Shown here one piece after another: positions 15,159 through 24,089 of a DNA stretch of 24,089 nucleotides (position 1 is its first letter; each line of letters starts with the position of its first letter). The DNA comes from Anaerolineae bacterium (GTDB taxonomy: Bacteria > Chloroflexota > Anaerolineae > S140-20). Under the pieces are notes generated by a model, which saw only the letters and a list, made by a program, of their open reading frames with translations, ran no database searches and had not been told where the DNA came from. Location: NCBI GenBank assembly GCA_027021705.1, contig JALUTT010000153.1, positions 1 through 24,089 of the forward strand. Direction: 5' to 3'. Made by a program: the position numbers and the translations under genes.

Positions 15159-16943
15159 TCAGAAGGCTGCGTAGACCAGGACGCCGTAGACCGCCAGGGT
15201 GAGCACCCCGTCAACGGCAGCGTAGATGAACAGGAAGAAGAGGAGCGATGGTTGCTGACGACGGTAAGTATACCCCCAAGCGGTCAGGAAGGCCAGGCCC
15301 GTGAGCAACGGAGGCACGCCCCAGCGCAGGATGGGGGCCAGCCAGGGGGGGATGAAGGGGATCCAGGCGGAGAAGGGCACGTAGTGGCGTATGCCGGGCA
15401 GGATGGCCAGCTTCCCAGCCCAGTAGGCGGCCAGGGCGAGGGTCAAGCTGATGAGGACACCGGGGCTGAGCAGCCGTTCCTCCCTCCGCCAGATCGCCGA
15501 GGTCAGACCCAGCAGGAGCATCGGGGGGATCAGCCAGACGAAGATGAGGGGGAAGAGAAGGGCTCCTGTCAGCAGGCCGAAGAGGGTCTCGACGCTGAGC
15601 CGTCCCACGTCCTCGGGGGTCAGTGGGCGCAGGGCCGACCGCATCTCGGGAGCTGTGCCGGCGAGGTAGACGGGGAACCCCGACGGCTCCCTTCCCTCCA
15701 GCCAGGTTGCGTAGAGGTAGCCTTCGGAATCCCTCGACAGCGCCGGGTGTTCCGACCGGACGGAGGTGAAGCTGAGAAGTTGATAGGCCACGGGGGCGCC
15801 CTGTTGGAAGAAGAGGAGCCCCACCTGGCCTCGCTCCTTGCGCATCAGGTAGGGCAGCCGGGCGTGGAAGGCGATGGCCAACTCCCGACCGGGGGAAGGG
15901 ACAACGGCCACTTCGGTCACATAGGCGACGCCCCGCTGTCCGGTCCCCCAGGGCACCCGGTCGCCGGCTTTCAGTTCTCCCCCGGGGAAGGGGCGGTAGG
16001 TGAGATGGTAGTCGGCGGGGACCGTCAGCGCCTGGGCGGGGGATGCCCGGTCGGGCTGACCGGGAGGGAAGTGGACGTAGCTGGTCTCGGCCCGGCCCGC
16101 CTCCATGCCTGTGCGCACGATCACCGTCCAGAAGAGGTAAACCCCCTCCTGGCTCACCCCCAGCCGGGGGCCTTCCAGCACGCCGCCGACCCCCAGGGAG
16201 ATCTCGCGGACCGAGACGGGCTGGACCGGGTGGTCGGCCTGCCGAGGATAGGCAGCGTAGAGCAACGCGATGGTGCCGTAGCCGGGGGGGTAGTGCAACC
16301 AGACGCTGTGCAGGGTGCCCTCGGCATCGTACTGGAGATCGGGCCGAATCCCCTCGGGGTCCATCAGCGTCGGCTCTCCCTCCGGGTTGTCGGGCGGGAG
16401 GGCGTAGAGGCCCGGTGACCGACGGGATCCCGAATACCAGACGGCGATGCGCCCTTCGGAATCGCTGGCGACGTCGTAGGCCCCTACCCGTACCTCACCG
16501 GAGAGGAGAGCCGGGGGCTCCAGCAGCTCCCCATCGGCGGTCAGCCGGGCGTGATAGAGCCGCCAATCGCTCAGCCAAAAGAGATGAAGCCCCTCCCCCG
16601 ACCAGAGCAGACGGGGTTGGTCCAGCCACTTCAGGGTGATCGCTTCGTAGGTGCGATCCCACAGGACCTCGGCCCGTCGGTCCAGGGCGATCACACGGGG
16701 GTGAAGGCGATCCTCCCGGCCTCCCGTCAGCAGGAGGTACAACCTGCCCTCACCATCGGTGGCGATGGGCACGGGATCGCCGGTTTGGGTGTGACCGACC
16801 CATTGGGCTCGGCTCCATCCAGGGGCGTTGAGCCACAACCGCTCCGGCAGCCCGGCGCAGGCCGTCAGGAGCAACGTCAGGAGCAGAACACCGACCCCGG
16901 CGAGGAAGGGGGGGGCTGTGGGGCAGCCGCTTGATGGTTTCAC
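15159..16943 (-). CDS. Hypothetical membrane protein: N-terminal lipoprotein-like signal, large extracytoplasmic beta-rich domain, ~5 C-terminal TM helices
   Basis: Co-directional ORF with GC3 bias, LLLTLLLTAC lipobox-like segment and hydrophobic C-terminus. Start uncertain (GTG 16943 after GAGGT, or ATG 16991). Confidence 0.7.
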   Translation of the reverse strand: MKPSSGCPTAPPFLAGVGVLLLTLLLTACAGLPERLWLNAPGWSRAQWVGHTQTGDPVPIATDGEGRLYLLLTGGREDRLHPRVIALDRRAEVLWDRTYEAITLKWLDQPRLLWSGEGLHLFWLSDWRLYHARLTADGELLEPPALLSGEVRVGAYDVASDSEGRIAVWYSGSRRSPGLYALPPDNPEGEPTLMDPEGIRPDLQYDAEGTLHSVWLHYPPGYGTIALLYAAYPRQADHPVQPVSVREISLGVGGVLEGPRLGVSQEGVYLFWTVIVRTGMEAGRAETSYVHFPPGQPDRASPAQALTVPADYHLTYRPFPGGELKAGDRVPWGTGQRGVAYVTEVAVVPSPGRELAIAFHARLPYLMRKERGQVGLLFFQQGAPVAYQLLSFTSVRSEHPALSRDSEGYLYATWLEGREPSGFPVYLAGTAPEMRSALRPLTPEDVGRLSVETLFGLLTGALLFPLIFVWLIPPMLLLGLTSAIWRREERLLSPGVLISLTLALAAYWAGKLAILPGIRHYVPFSAWIPFIPPWLAPILRWGVPPLLTGLAFLTAWGYTYRRQQPSLLFFLFIYAAVDGVLTLAVYGVLVYAAF

Positions 16944-17003
16944 AAAGACCTCGGAGGTCCAAGCCCGTTCTCTAAGGGGCCTCCTGGCCATCTGACGGTG
17001 TCC

Positions 17004-17100
17004 ATCCTCCCGCAGGTCCCGCGGTGCCCGGTGACAGCAATGGCGTATCAGAGGCTGCCTATGACACGCTTCAGGCCGTGGAGGGAACCTGCGGGAGGGT
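17004..17100. repeat. Inverted-repeat element, copy 3 (97 bp; same termini, unrelated spacer)
   Basis: ATCCTCCCGCAGGT (17004-17017) and ACCTGCGGGAGGGT (17087-17100). The spacer is again 69 bp but not alignable by eye to copies 1/2. Confidence 0.75.
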
Positions 17101-17123
17101 TCCTGGGAAATGGATCAGGCAGC

Positions 17124-17759
17124 TCAAGGGGCCTCCGTGCTGATGTTGTCCGCCGGAACCCATCCTTGACCGGTTGGGGCGTCAATGCGATACCACAGTT
17201 GACCTTCGTGCTCAACGACCTCCAGGATGGTGACGGCAGCGCCCCGCTCCTGGTTGGCGATGATGCGTTTGCTCCCCGGCGCATCCACCAGGTTGATCAG
17301 AAAGCCCTTGCCGGTGAGGTAGACCGTCTCTCCTGGCTGGGGGCCTTCCGCCGCGCTGGGGCCGGTGGACTTCAGGAACTTGGCCGGCACCCATCCCTCC
17401 CCGGCTGCGCTCTTGACCAGGTACCAGACCTCGCCCTCGACTTCCCGAGAGCCCAACACCGTTGCCTGATCCCCCCGACCGGCGAAGGAGAAGGGGGAGA
17501 CGTCACCGGGTTCCTTGCGCAGGGGGATCAGGAACTCGGTGCCGGTGAACTCGACCGTCTCGTTCACCTGGAATTCCGCCCCCCTGGCCGTGGAGGGAGC
17601 GGATCCAGCCTCTCCCTCTTGGGCCTGTTGGGCTCGGGCTGTGGCCTCCTCCGGGGTCAGGATCTCCCCCGTTTGACAGGCGATACTTGCCAGCAACAGG
17701 AGGGCCAGGACCCACCTCAGGGCCATTGACGATTTCACAGGATCACGATGTTTGGCCAT
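17124..17759 (-). CDS. Lipoprotein with two bacterial SH3-like repeats, 211 aa
   Basis: Lipobox SIAC. Two repeats end in WYLVKSAAGEGWVPAKFL and WYRIDAPTGQGWVPADNI (SH3b-like WY...GWV). Starts 3 nt after the oppC stop. Confidence 0.75.
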   Translation of the reverse strand: MAKHRDPVKSSMALRWVLALLLLASIACQTGEILTPEEATARAQQAQEGEAGSAPSTARGAEFQVNETVEFTGTEFLIPLRKEPGDVSPFSFAGRGDQATVLGSREVEGEVWYLVKSAAGEGWVPAKFLKSTGPSAAEGPQPGETVYLTGKGFLINLVDAPGSKRIIANQERGAAVTILEVVEHEGQLWYRIDAPTGQGWVPADNISTEAP

Positions 17760-17762
17760 ACC

Positions 17763-18794
17763 TTACCTCCCGCGCAAGCGCGGATCAAAGGCATCCCGCA
17801 GGCCGTCCCCCATAAAGTTGAAGGCGAGGGTGAGCAGGGTCAGCGCCGTTCCGGGGACCAACACCAGGTGAGGATTGGAGCGGATCCCTTGGTACCCCTC
17901 GTTGATCATCGCCCCCCAGCTCGGCGTCGGCGGATCCACGCCCAGGCCGATGAAGCTGAGGGCGGCCTCGGTGAAGATGTACCCGGGGATGGCGAGGGAT
18001 TCCGCAATCAGCAGGGGGCCGATGACGTTGGGCAGCAGATGGCGGAAGATGATGCGGGCGTTGCTGGCCCCGATGGCCCGAGCCGCTTCGATGAACTCCT
18101 TCTGCTTGTAGGAGAGCACCTGTCCTCGGGCCAGGCGGGCCATGCCGATCCAGTTGAGGGCCCCCAGGGCGATGAAGAGGAAGAGCATCCCGCCCATCGC
18201 CTTGTTCCAACGGATCAGGAGGCCCATGAAGCCGGTGGCCCCTTGGCGTGCCAGGGCCTTGAAGTAGACCTGCATCAGGATGACCATCACCAGCACGGGG
18301 ACGGCGTAGAGGAAGTCCACGATGCGCATCATCAGGTTGTCCACACGCCCACCGGCGTAGCCGGAGATGGTGCCGTAGATGATGCCGATGATCAGGCTCA
18401 CGGAGGCGGCCACGACGGCCACCGAGAGGGAGACGCGGGTGCCGTAGACCGTGCGGCTCCAGAGGTCACGCCCCAGCGCATCGGACCCGGCCAGAAAGAC
18501 GGTGCATCCCATCTCCAGGGGAGTCCCTGCCCAGTGGCAATTGGGCAGGTGGTCGGTCGTCACGATGTAGGGGGTCAGGGGCTTGGTCCGGGTGTAGTTG
18601 GTGTTCGTGGTCCTGAAGTCGTAGGGGGTGATCAAGGGGGCGATGATCGCCATCACCACCACCAGGAGGACGAAAGCGGTCCCCCCGACGGCCACTTTGT
18701 TGCGGCGAAACTCCCGTAAGGCATCTTGAAGGGGGCTTCGTCCTTTGCGGGGGAAAAGCTCTGCAGGGGGTTCTACCTTGCGCTCCTCAGCCAT
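17763..18794 (-). CDS. oppC: ABC transporter permease (OppC type), cluster B
   Basis: GSDALGRDLWSR, EFIEAARAIGA, RHLLPN, PPTPSWG, GDGLRDAFDPR. Confidence 0.92.
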   Translation of the reverse strand: MAEERKVEPPAELFPRKGRSPLQDALREFRRNKVAVGGTAFVLLVVVMAIIAPLITPYDFRTTNTNYTRTKPLTPYIVTTDHLPNCHWAGTPLEMGCTVFLAGSDALGRDLWSRTVYGTRVSLSVAVVAASVSLIIGIIYGTISGYAGGRVDNLMMRIVDFLYAVPVLVMVILMQVYFKALARQGATGFMGLLIRWNKAMGGMLFLFIALGALNWIGMARLARGQVLSYKQKEFIEAARAIGASNARIIFRHLLPNVIGPLLIAESLAIPGYIFTEAALSFIGLGVDPPTPSWGAMINEGYQGIRSNPHLVLVPGTALTLLTLAFNFMGDGLRDAFDPRLRGR

Positions 18795-18868
18795 ATTCCT
18801 ACCTTATCATCTTGGTCGCTCTGGAGATCGAAATCCTGCCTCGGGGTCCCCTTCGTCGGCACGCCCGC

Positions 18869-19840
18869 TCAGTCATAGCGGATTCGGGGATCGAGCCAGG
18901 CGTACATAATGTCCACCATCAGGTTGCCCAAGACGAGCATCACGCCGTAGATGAGGGTCAAGCTGGTCAGCAGGAAGTACTCCCGCTCGCTCACGCTGTT
19001 GACGAAACGGCGGCCCATCCCGTTGAGGGCGAAGATCTGCTCGACGATGAAGGTTCCGGTGAGGATGCCCGCCAGCAGGGGGCCCAGGATGGTCGCGACG
19101 GGGATGAGGGAGTTCTTCAGCGCGTGGCGCAGGATGACCACCCGTTCCCGCAGCCCCTTGGCGCGAGCGGTGCGGATGTAGTCCTCGCCCAGCACCTCCA
19201 ATAGGCCGGCCCGGGTCAGTCGCGCGACGACCGCCGACAGGCCCGTTCCCAGGGTCACCGTGGGCAGCACCGCGTGGTGCCAGAACTGAGCCGTTGGGCG
19301 AGGGAAGAGGCCGAGGATGAAGGGGGGGTCAGCCCCCCAGAAGGCGATGGGGAACCACTTCAGGTAGACGCCGAAGACCAGGATGAGCAAGGGGCCTAGC
19401 ACCAAGTTAGGGATGGAGACGCCCAGCACGGCCACGAAGGTGGCGATGTAGTCCAAAAGGGTATTGTGCTTCAGCGCGGCGATGATGCCCGCCGGGATCC
19501 CGATGGCGAAGCCCAGAAGAACCGCCAGGATTCCCAGTTGGAAGGAGACGGGGAAGGTCTGGGCCACGATGTCGTTGACCGTCTGGCTGGGCAGGCGCAT
19601 CATCGGCCCCAGATCACCACGGGCCAGACGCTTGAGATACAGAAAGAACTGTTCGTACAGGGGCTTGTCCAGGCCGTAGCGCTGTTCCATAATCATGCGC
19701 ATATGCTCCGGCATCGCCCGCTCGCCGACCGTGTCGAAGGGGCCGCCGGGCAGGGCCTGGATCAGCACAAAGGTCGCCAGGATCATCGCGAAGACGACGG
19801 GTATGGAGAGCAGAAGACGGCGGATGATGTACTTGGTCAT
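18869..19840 (-). CDS. oppB: ABC transporter permease (OppB type), cluster B
   Basis: MTKYIIRR, PGGPF, GDLGP, EDYIRTARAKGL, LDPRIRY. Confidence 0.92.
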   Translation of the reverse strand: MTKYIIRRLLLSIPVVFAMILATFVLIQALPGGPFDTVGERAMPEHMRMIMEQRYGLDKPLYEQFFLYLKRLARGDLGPMMRLPSQTVNDIVAQTFPVSFQLGILAVLLGFAIGIPAGIIAALKHNTLLDYIATFVAVLGVSIPNLVLGPLLILVFGVYLKWFPIAFWGADPPFILGLFPRPTAQFWHHAVLPTVTLGTGLSAVVARLTRAGLLEVLGEDYIRTARAKGLRERVVILRHALKNSLIPVATILGPLLAGILTGTFIVEQIFALNGMGRRFVNSVSEREYFLLTSLTLIYGVMLVLGNLMVDIMYAWLDPRIRYD

Positions 19841-19907
19841 ACGTCCTCCGAATCACTGACTGGAAACGGCCCTCCGCCTATGGGCACAGGTGGCGGTCAG
19901 GCCGGAA

Positions 19908-19938
19908 GAGGGGGAGCAGCCCTCGACTGCTCCCCCTC
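19908..19938 (-). other. Intercistronic hairpin 3' of oppA (cluster B)
   Basis: Perfect 12-bp stem GAGGGGGAGCAG / CTGCTCCCCCTC with a 7-nt loop, followed only by TT on the - strand. Confidence 0.65.
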
Positions 19939-19960
19939 GACGCTTGCAGACAGGCTTAGC

Positions 19961-21817
19961 CTACTTGCCCCGGGCCTTCTGCTTGGCCTCCCAGTCAATG
20001 GTCCAGTTGTACCACTGGTCGCCACCGAAGAGGGCCGGGACCCGATCCAGCCAGGAGTGGCGGGCGGTGTAGGCGATGCGCAGGAAGATGGGCGCAAAGG
20101 GCATCTCGCCTTCGGGACCGAAGAACATATCCTCGATCTGCCGGTAGAGCTCGATGCGCCGCTGGGGATCCTGCTCCTCGCGGGCCTCGACGATGAGGTC
20201 ATCCACTTCGCTGCAGGGGCGCTTCTGGCGGTTCTCCGGGTTCTCGCACCAGAGAACGTCGCCCACCCAGTTGTTCTCATCGGCGTAGTCCGGCCCCCAG
20301 CCCAGCGTCCACATGTGCGGCCGCTCCTCGGTCGGGGTGTCCGCTGCCGTCGCCGCCAGCAGTTCGCGGAAGGGCTGCTGCTCGATCTGGATCAGGTCCG
20401 GGCTGCAGCCCAGGTTCTTGGACCAGTTGTCCTGGGCGAACTCGATCCAGTTCAGCGTGGCCTGGCCGCTGTAGCCCAGCAGCGTCACCTGGGGGAAGCC
20501 CTCGCAGTTGGGATAGCCAGCTTCGGCAAGCTGCTGTCGGGCGAACTCGGGATCGTAGCCCACGCCTACCTCGTCAATGGGCGGCGCGCCGAAGATGCCA
20601 GGCGGTGCGAAGTGCTTCATCGGCAACCCCTGGCCCTGGCGTACCTCCTTGACGAAGGTCTCGCGATCGAAGGCGGCACTGAAGGCCCGGCGGACGCGCG
20701 GGTCGTCGAAGGGCGGCTTGTCGTAGGCGAAGCTGATGTAGAAGACCGCCAGGTCGGGGATCTGGTCCGTCTCATCCGGGAACTGCTCCAGGTGGGCCTG
20801 CAGCTCCGGGTCGGGGATGCCCGAGGTGTCCACCTCGTTGTTGAGCCACAGGGCGTAGCCCGTGCTCACATCGGGCACCACGTTGGTCACGATCCGCTCG
20901 ATGTTGCCGCTACCCTGCATGTCCGCAGGCATCAGCGGGTTGCGCAGGAGGATGCGCCGGACGCCGTGGACCCACTCATGCAGCACGTAGCGACCGTTGG
21001 TCACGATGTTGCCTGCCTCGATCCAGTTCTCGCCGTGCTCCTCGATGGCCCACTGGGGCACCGCTGCCAGCGTCCACATCGGCGTCATGGACAGGAAGTA
21101 GCTGGCGGGGAACTCCAGCTCGATGACCAGGGTGTCCTCAGAGGGGGCGCTGACCCCGATGGCATCAACCAGTTCCTGAGGAATGTTCTCGGGGTCCTCG
21201 TAGTACAGCACGTCCGAGCAGCCCTTGATCAGCGGGGCCACGACACTGCTGTAGTAGGAGCCGATGTTGGGGTCACAGGCCCGCTTGATGCCGTAGACGA
21301 AGTCGCTGGCCGTCACGAAGCGGGGGTTGCCTTCCTCGTCCACCTCCTGGGTAGTCTCCCCGGTGACCGGGTTGTGCTTCACCCAGGGGATGTCTGTCCG
21401 CAGCTTGAAGGTGTAGACCAAGCCGTCCTCGCTGGCCTCCCAGCTCGTCGCCGCTTCGGGCACGATCTCGGAGGTCTCCAGGTCGTAGTTGGTCAGGTGG
21501 ACGAAGAGGTTCTCGATGTAGGTGATCGAGACCACATCTTCGGCGATCTGGGGGTCCAGGGTGGGGATGTCGGTGGTGCTGTAGGCGTCCAGCGTCACCG
21601 GTTCCGGCTCGGGCGTGGGGGTGACGATGACCTCCTTTTCCTTCTCGACGATCTTGGTCTCCACCACCTTCTCCCCAGGCTTTTCCACCACCTGGGTGAC
21701 GATGACGGTCTCCTTGACGATCTCCTTCTCCGGCGTAGGCTGAGCGCAGGCGGAGAGGACCACGCTGGCGATGACCACGAAAGCCCAGAGGGTCAACCAC
21801 CTTCTTCGAGCAAGCAT
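19961..21817 (-). CDS. oppA: Family 5 (Opp-type) substrate-binding lipoprotein, cluster B
   Basis: Lipobox LSAC, TLDPQ, PEAATSW, TNGRY, PPFDDPRVRRAFS, LGWGPDY. RBS GGAGGAGG. Confidence 0.9.
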   Translation of the reverse strand: MLARRRWLTLWAFVVIASVVLSACAQPTPEKEIVKETVIVTQVVEKPGEKVVETKIVEKEKEVIVTPTPEPEPVTLDAYSTTDIPTLDPQIAEDVVSITYIENLFVHLTNYDLETSEIVPEAATSWEASEDGLVYTFKLRTDIPWVKHNPVTGETTQEVDEEGNPRFVTASDFVYGIKRACDPNIGSYYSSVVAPLIKGCSDVLYYEDPENIPQELVDAIGVSAPSEDTLVIELEFPASYFLSMTPMWTLAAVPQWAIEEHGENWIEAGNIVTNGRYVLHEWVHGVRRILLRNPLMPADMQGSGNIERIVTNVVPDVSTGYALWLNNEVDTSGIPDPELQAHLEQFPDETDQIPDLAVFYISFAYDKPPFDDPRVRRAFSAAFDRETFVKEVRQGQGLPMKHFAPPGIFGAPPIDEVGVGYDPEFARQQLAEAGYPNCEGFPQVTLLGYSGQATLNWIEFAQDNWSKNLGCSPDLIQIEQQPFRELLAATAADTPTEERPHMWTLGWGPDYADENNWVGDVLWCENPENRQKRPCSEVDDLIVEAREEQDPQRRIELYRQIEDMFFGPEGEMPFAPIFLRIAYTARHSWLDRVPALFGGDQWYNWTIDWEAKQKARGK

Positions 21818-21893
21818 TTCCTCCTCCTTTGGGTGTTAAGAAGAAAGCACAGTGGCAAGGCGATCGTTCTCGGCACGGTCTTCTCTTCCAGGC

Positions 21894-21906
21894 ATCACCT
21901 CCTTTC
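21894..21906 (-). promoter_or_regulatory. Stand-alone extended SD-like element upstream of oppA (cluster B)
   Basis: GAAAGGAGGTGAT on the - strand, ~77 nt upstream of the oppA start. Confidence 0.55.
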
Positions 21907-21961
21907 CTGGTTTGTGCTCAGACTGTGCGCATCGGGTTTTCCGGGGGCCACCGGGCTGGTC

Positions 21962-22954
21962 TCACCCGGCCAGGTGGCAGGCGACCCGATGGCCTGAGGC
22001 CACCTCTTTCAGTTCCGGTTCCACCTCGAAGCAGACCTCCATCGCCACCGGACAGCGGGTGCTGAAGTTGCAGCCCCGAGGCGGATTCGCCGGACTGGGG
22101 ACATCGCCTTCCAGGATGATTCGCTCCCGCTTTTCCTCGATGACCGGATCCGGGATCGGCACCGCCGAGAGCAGGGCTTGGGTGTAAGGGTGCAGGGGGT
22201 TGGTGTAGAGGCTGTCGCGGTCCGTCAATTCGACGATCTTTCCCAGGTACATCACCGCCACCCGGTCGCTGATGTGGCGCACCATGCTCAGGTCGTGGGC
22301 GATGAACAAGTAGGTCAGCCCAAACCGCTCCTGCAACTCCTCCAGCAGGTTCACCACCTGGGCCTGGATGGAGACATCCAACGCCGAGATCGGCTCGTCG
22401 CAGACGATGAAGTCGGGCTGCAAGGCCAACGCCCGAGCGATTCCGATCCGCTGGCGTTGGCCGCCGGAGAACTCGTGGGGGTAGCGGTTGATGAAGTAGG
22501 GGTTGAGGCCCACCAGTTGGAGGAGTTCCTGAACCCGCTCCCGCTTTTCTTTGCCGCGTGCCACCCCGTGCACCTCCAGGGGTTCGGCGATGATGTTGCC
22601 CACGGTCATCCGAGGGTTGAGGGAGGCATAGGGGTCCTGGAAGATCATCTGCATCCGGCGGCGCATCCGCCGGAGGGCGTTGCCCTTGAGTTGGACGAGG
22701 TTGACGCCGTCGAAGAAGACCTGGCCGGCGGTGGGGCGGTAGAGTTGGAGGATGGTCCGGCCGGTGGTGGACTTGCCGCAGCCGCTTTCTCCCACCAGGC
22801 CCAGGGTCTCGCCCCGGAAGATCTCGAAGGAGATGCCGTCCACGGCCTTGACATCGCCGATGTGGCGTTGGAAGACGATGCCCCGGGTGATGGGGAAGTA
22901 CTTTTTCAGCCCTTCGACGCGGACGAGGACATCACGACCGTTCTTATCGGACAC
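21962..22954 (-). CDS. oppF: ABC transporter ATP-binding protein (OppF type), cluster B
   Basis: Translation identical to 11389-12381. Confidence 0.93.
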   Translation of the reverse strand: MSDKNGRDVLVRVEGLKKYFPITRGIVFQRHIGDVKAVDGISFEIFRGETLGLVGESGCGKSTTGRTILQLYRPTAGQVFFDGVNLVQLKGNALRRMRRRMQMIFQDPYASLNPRMTVGNIIAEPLEVHGVARGKEKRERVQELLQLVGLNPYFINRYPHEFSGGQRQRIGIARALALQPDFIVCDEPISALDVSIQAQVVNLLEELQERFGLTYLFIAHDLSMVRHISDRVAVMYLGKIVELTDRDSLYTNPLHPYTQALLSAVPIPDPVIEEKRERIILEGDVPSPANPPRGCNFSTRCPVAMEVCFEVEPELKEVASGHRVACHLAG

Positions 22955-23942
22955 GGGACCACACCCCTTCCGTTTGGGTCTTTTCCCAGCAGGCGACCCG
23001 GTGGGCGTCGCCGACGGGTTCCAGGGCGGGATTCTCGTGGAGGCAGCGCTCGGAGGCGTACCGGCAGCGGGGGGCGAAGGGGCAGCCTGGGGGAGGGGCG
23101 ACGAGGTCGGGGGGCTGCCCTGGGATGGAGAGGAGGCGGGTGCCGGGCGCTTCGTCGAGGCGGGGGAGGGAGCCGAGGAGGCCGATGGTGTAGGGGTGGC
23201 GGGGGGAGCCGTAGAGTTCCTTGACGGGGGCCTCCTCGATGATGTAGCCGGCGTACATCACGATGACCCGCTGGGTGAGCCGAGCGACGACGCCCAGGTC
23301 GTGGGTGATCCAGATGACGGCCATACCCAGCTTTTCCTGGAGGCGCTTGACCAGGTCAATGATCTGGGCCTGGATGGTGACGTCGAGGGCGGTGGTGGGC
23401 TCGTCGGCGATGAGGAGCATCGGGTTGCAGGAGAGAGCCATCGCGATCATCGCCCGCTGACGCATTCCGCCGGAGAACTGGTGGGGGTAGTCGTCGAGGC
23501 GCTCCCGCGCCTGGGGGATGCCGACCATCGTGAGGAGTTGGGCGGCGCGGTCGCGGGCCTCCTTGTCGCTCATCCCTTGGTGGAGCTTGAGGGCTTCGGT
23601 GATCTGGAAGCCGACGGTGAGGACGGGGTTGAGGGAGGTCATCGGGTCTTGGAAGACCATAGCGATCTCGGCCCCTCGGACCTGGCGCATCTCCTCGTCG
23701 CTGAGGCGGAGGAGGTCGCGTCCGTAGAAGAAGACCTGACCGTCTACGATCTTGCCTGGGGGGTCGGGGATGAGGCGCATCAGGGAGAGGACGCTGACGC
23801 TCTTGCCGCAGCCACTCTCGCCGACGATGCCGAGGGTCTCGCCCTCGTCCAGAGAATAGGAGATGCCGTTGACGGCGTGGACGACGCCGTCCTGGGTGTA
23901 GAAGCGGGTGGTGAGATTGCGAACCTCCAGAAGGCTGGCCAA
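22944..23942 (-). CDS. oppD: ABC transporter ATP-binding protein (OppD type), cluster B
   Basis: Translation identical to 12371-13369. TTG start after GAGGAGG. Confidence 0.93.
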   Translation of the reverse strand: MASLLEVRNLTTRFYTQDGVVHAVNGISYSLDEGETLGIVGESGCGKSVSVLSLMRLIPDPPGKIVDGQVFFYGRDLLRLSDEEMRQVRGAEIAMVFQDPMTSLNPVLTVGFQITEALKLHQGMSDKEARDRAAQLLTMVGIPQARERLDDYPHQFSGGMRQRAMIAMALSCNPMLLIADEPTTALDVTIQAQIIDLVKRLQEKLGMAVIWITHDLGVVARLTQRVIVMYAGYIIEEAPVKELYGSPRHPYTIGLLGSLPRLDEAPGTRLLSIPGQPPDLVAPPPGCPFAPRCRYASERCLHENPALEPVGDAHRVACWEKTQTEGVWSRVR

Positions 23943-24053
23943 CCTGGTTCCTCCTCGGTGGTGGGTGGTCGGGCCGTCACCGCGAAGCACGCTAGCTCAG
24001 GTGGACCGATGATGACCGCAGATAGGTGCAGAGGGGTTAGACGATGGCTCATT

Positions 24054-24082
24054 ATTGTAGACCAAACCGTCCTCTCTGTCAA
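24054..24082 (-). promoter_or_regulatory. Sigma70 promoter of opp cluster B
   Basis: TTGACA-17 nt-TACAAT on the - strand. Confidence 0.8.
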
Positions 24083-24089
24083 GGAACGT

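Larger units (their letters stand above)
21889..24026. repeat. 2138-bp direct repeat, copy B
   Basis: Matches 11316-13453. Confidence 0.92.

Noticed and set aside
2076..17100. CRISPR or similar array interpretation of the repeat-spacer-repeat units
   Set aside because: The repeats are inverted, only 14 bp long and dispersed kilobases apart. No cas genes.
684..21997. Long antisense ORFs (684-2354, 3841-6057, 9253-11256, 13851-16418, 19466-21997 and others)
   Set aside because: These shadow frames mirror well-supported genes, as expected from GC-rich codon bias. They show no recognisable motifs.

Overview
GC-rich bacterial DNA, probably Chloroflexota/Anaerolineae-like. This is inferred from the V/E/K-rich and P/T-rich lipoprotein linkers and was not checked. 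The left part (+ strand) has an extended -10 promoter and a ~500-nt leader ending in a terminator-like hairpin. It then encodes an octopine/opine dehydrogenase-family gene and a 1242-aa three-part fusion: B12-binding domain + probable TIM-barrel mutase domain + GlmL/MutL-type ASKHA reactivase. This pair is the best candidate for an undescribed system. The rest (- strand) holds two oppD-F-A-B-C ABC importer operons. Their ATPase segments are an apparently identical 2138-bp duplication, while the binding proteins and permeases have diverged. Four accessory lipoprotein genes lie among them: SH3-like, a membrane protein, an S41 peptidase and a TolB-like propeller. Three intergenic 97-bp elements share 14-bp terminal inverted repeats and an exactly 69-bp spacer, with two unrelated spacer types. 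Both oppA genes are bracketed by a 13-nt stand-alone Shine-Dalgarno-like element and a strong 3' hairpin. All calls come from reading motifs by eye; no searches were run.
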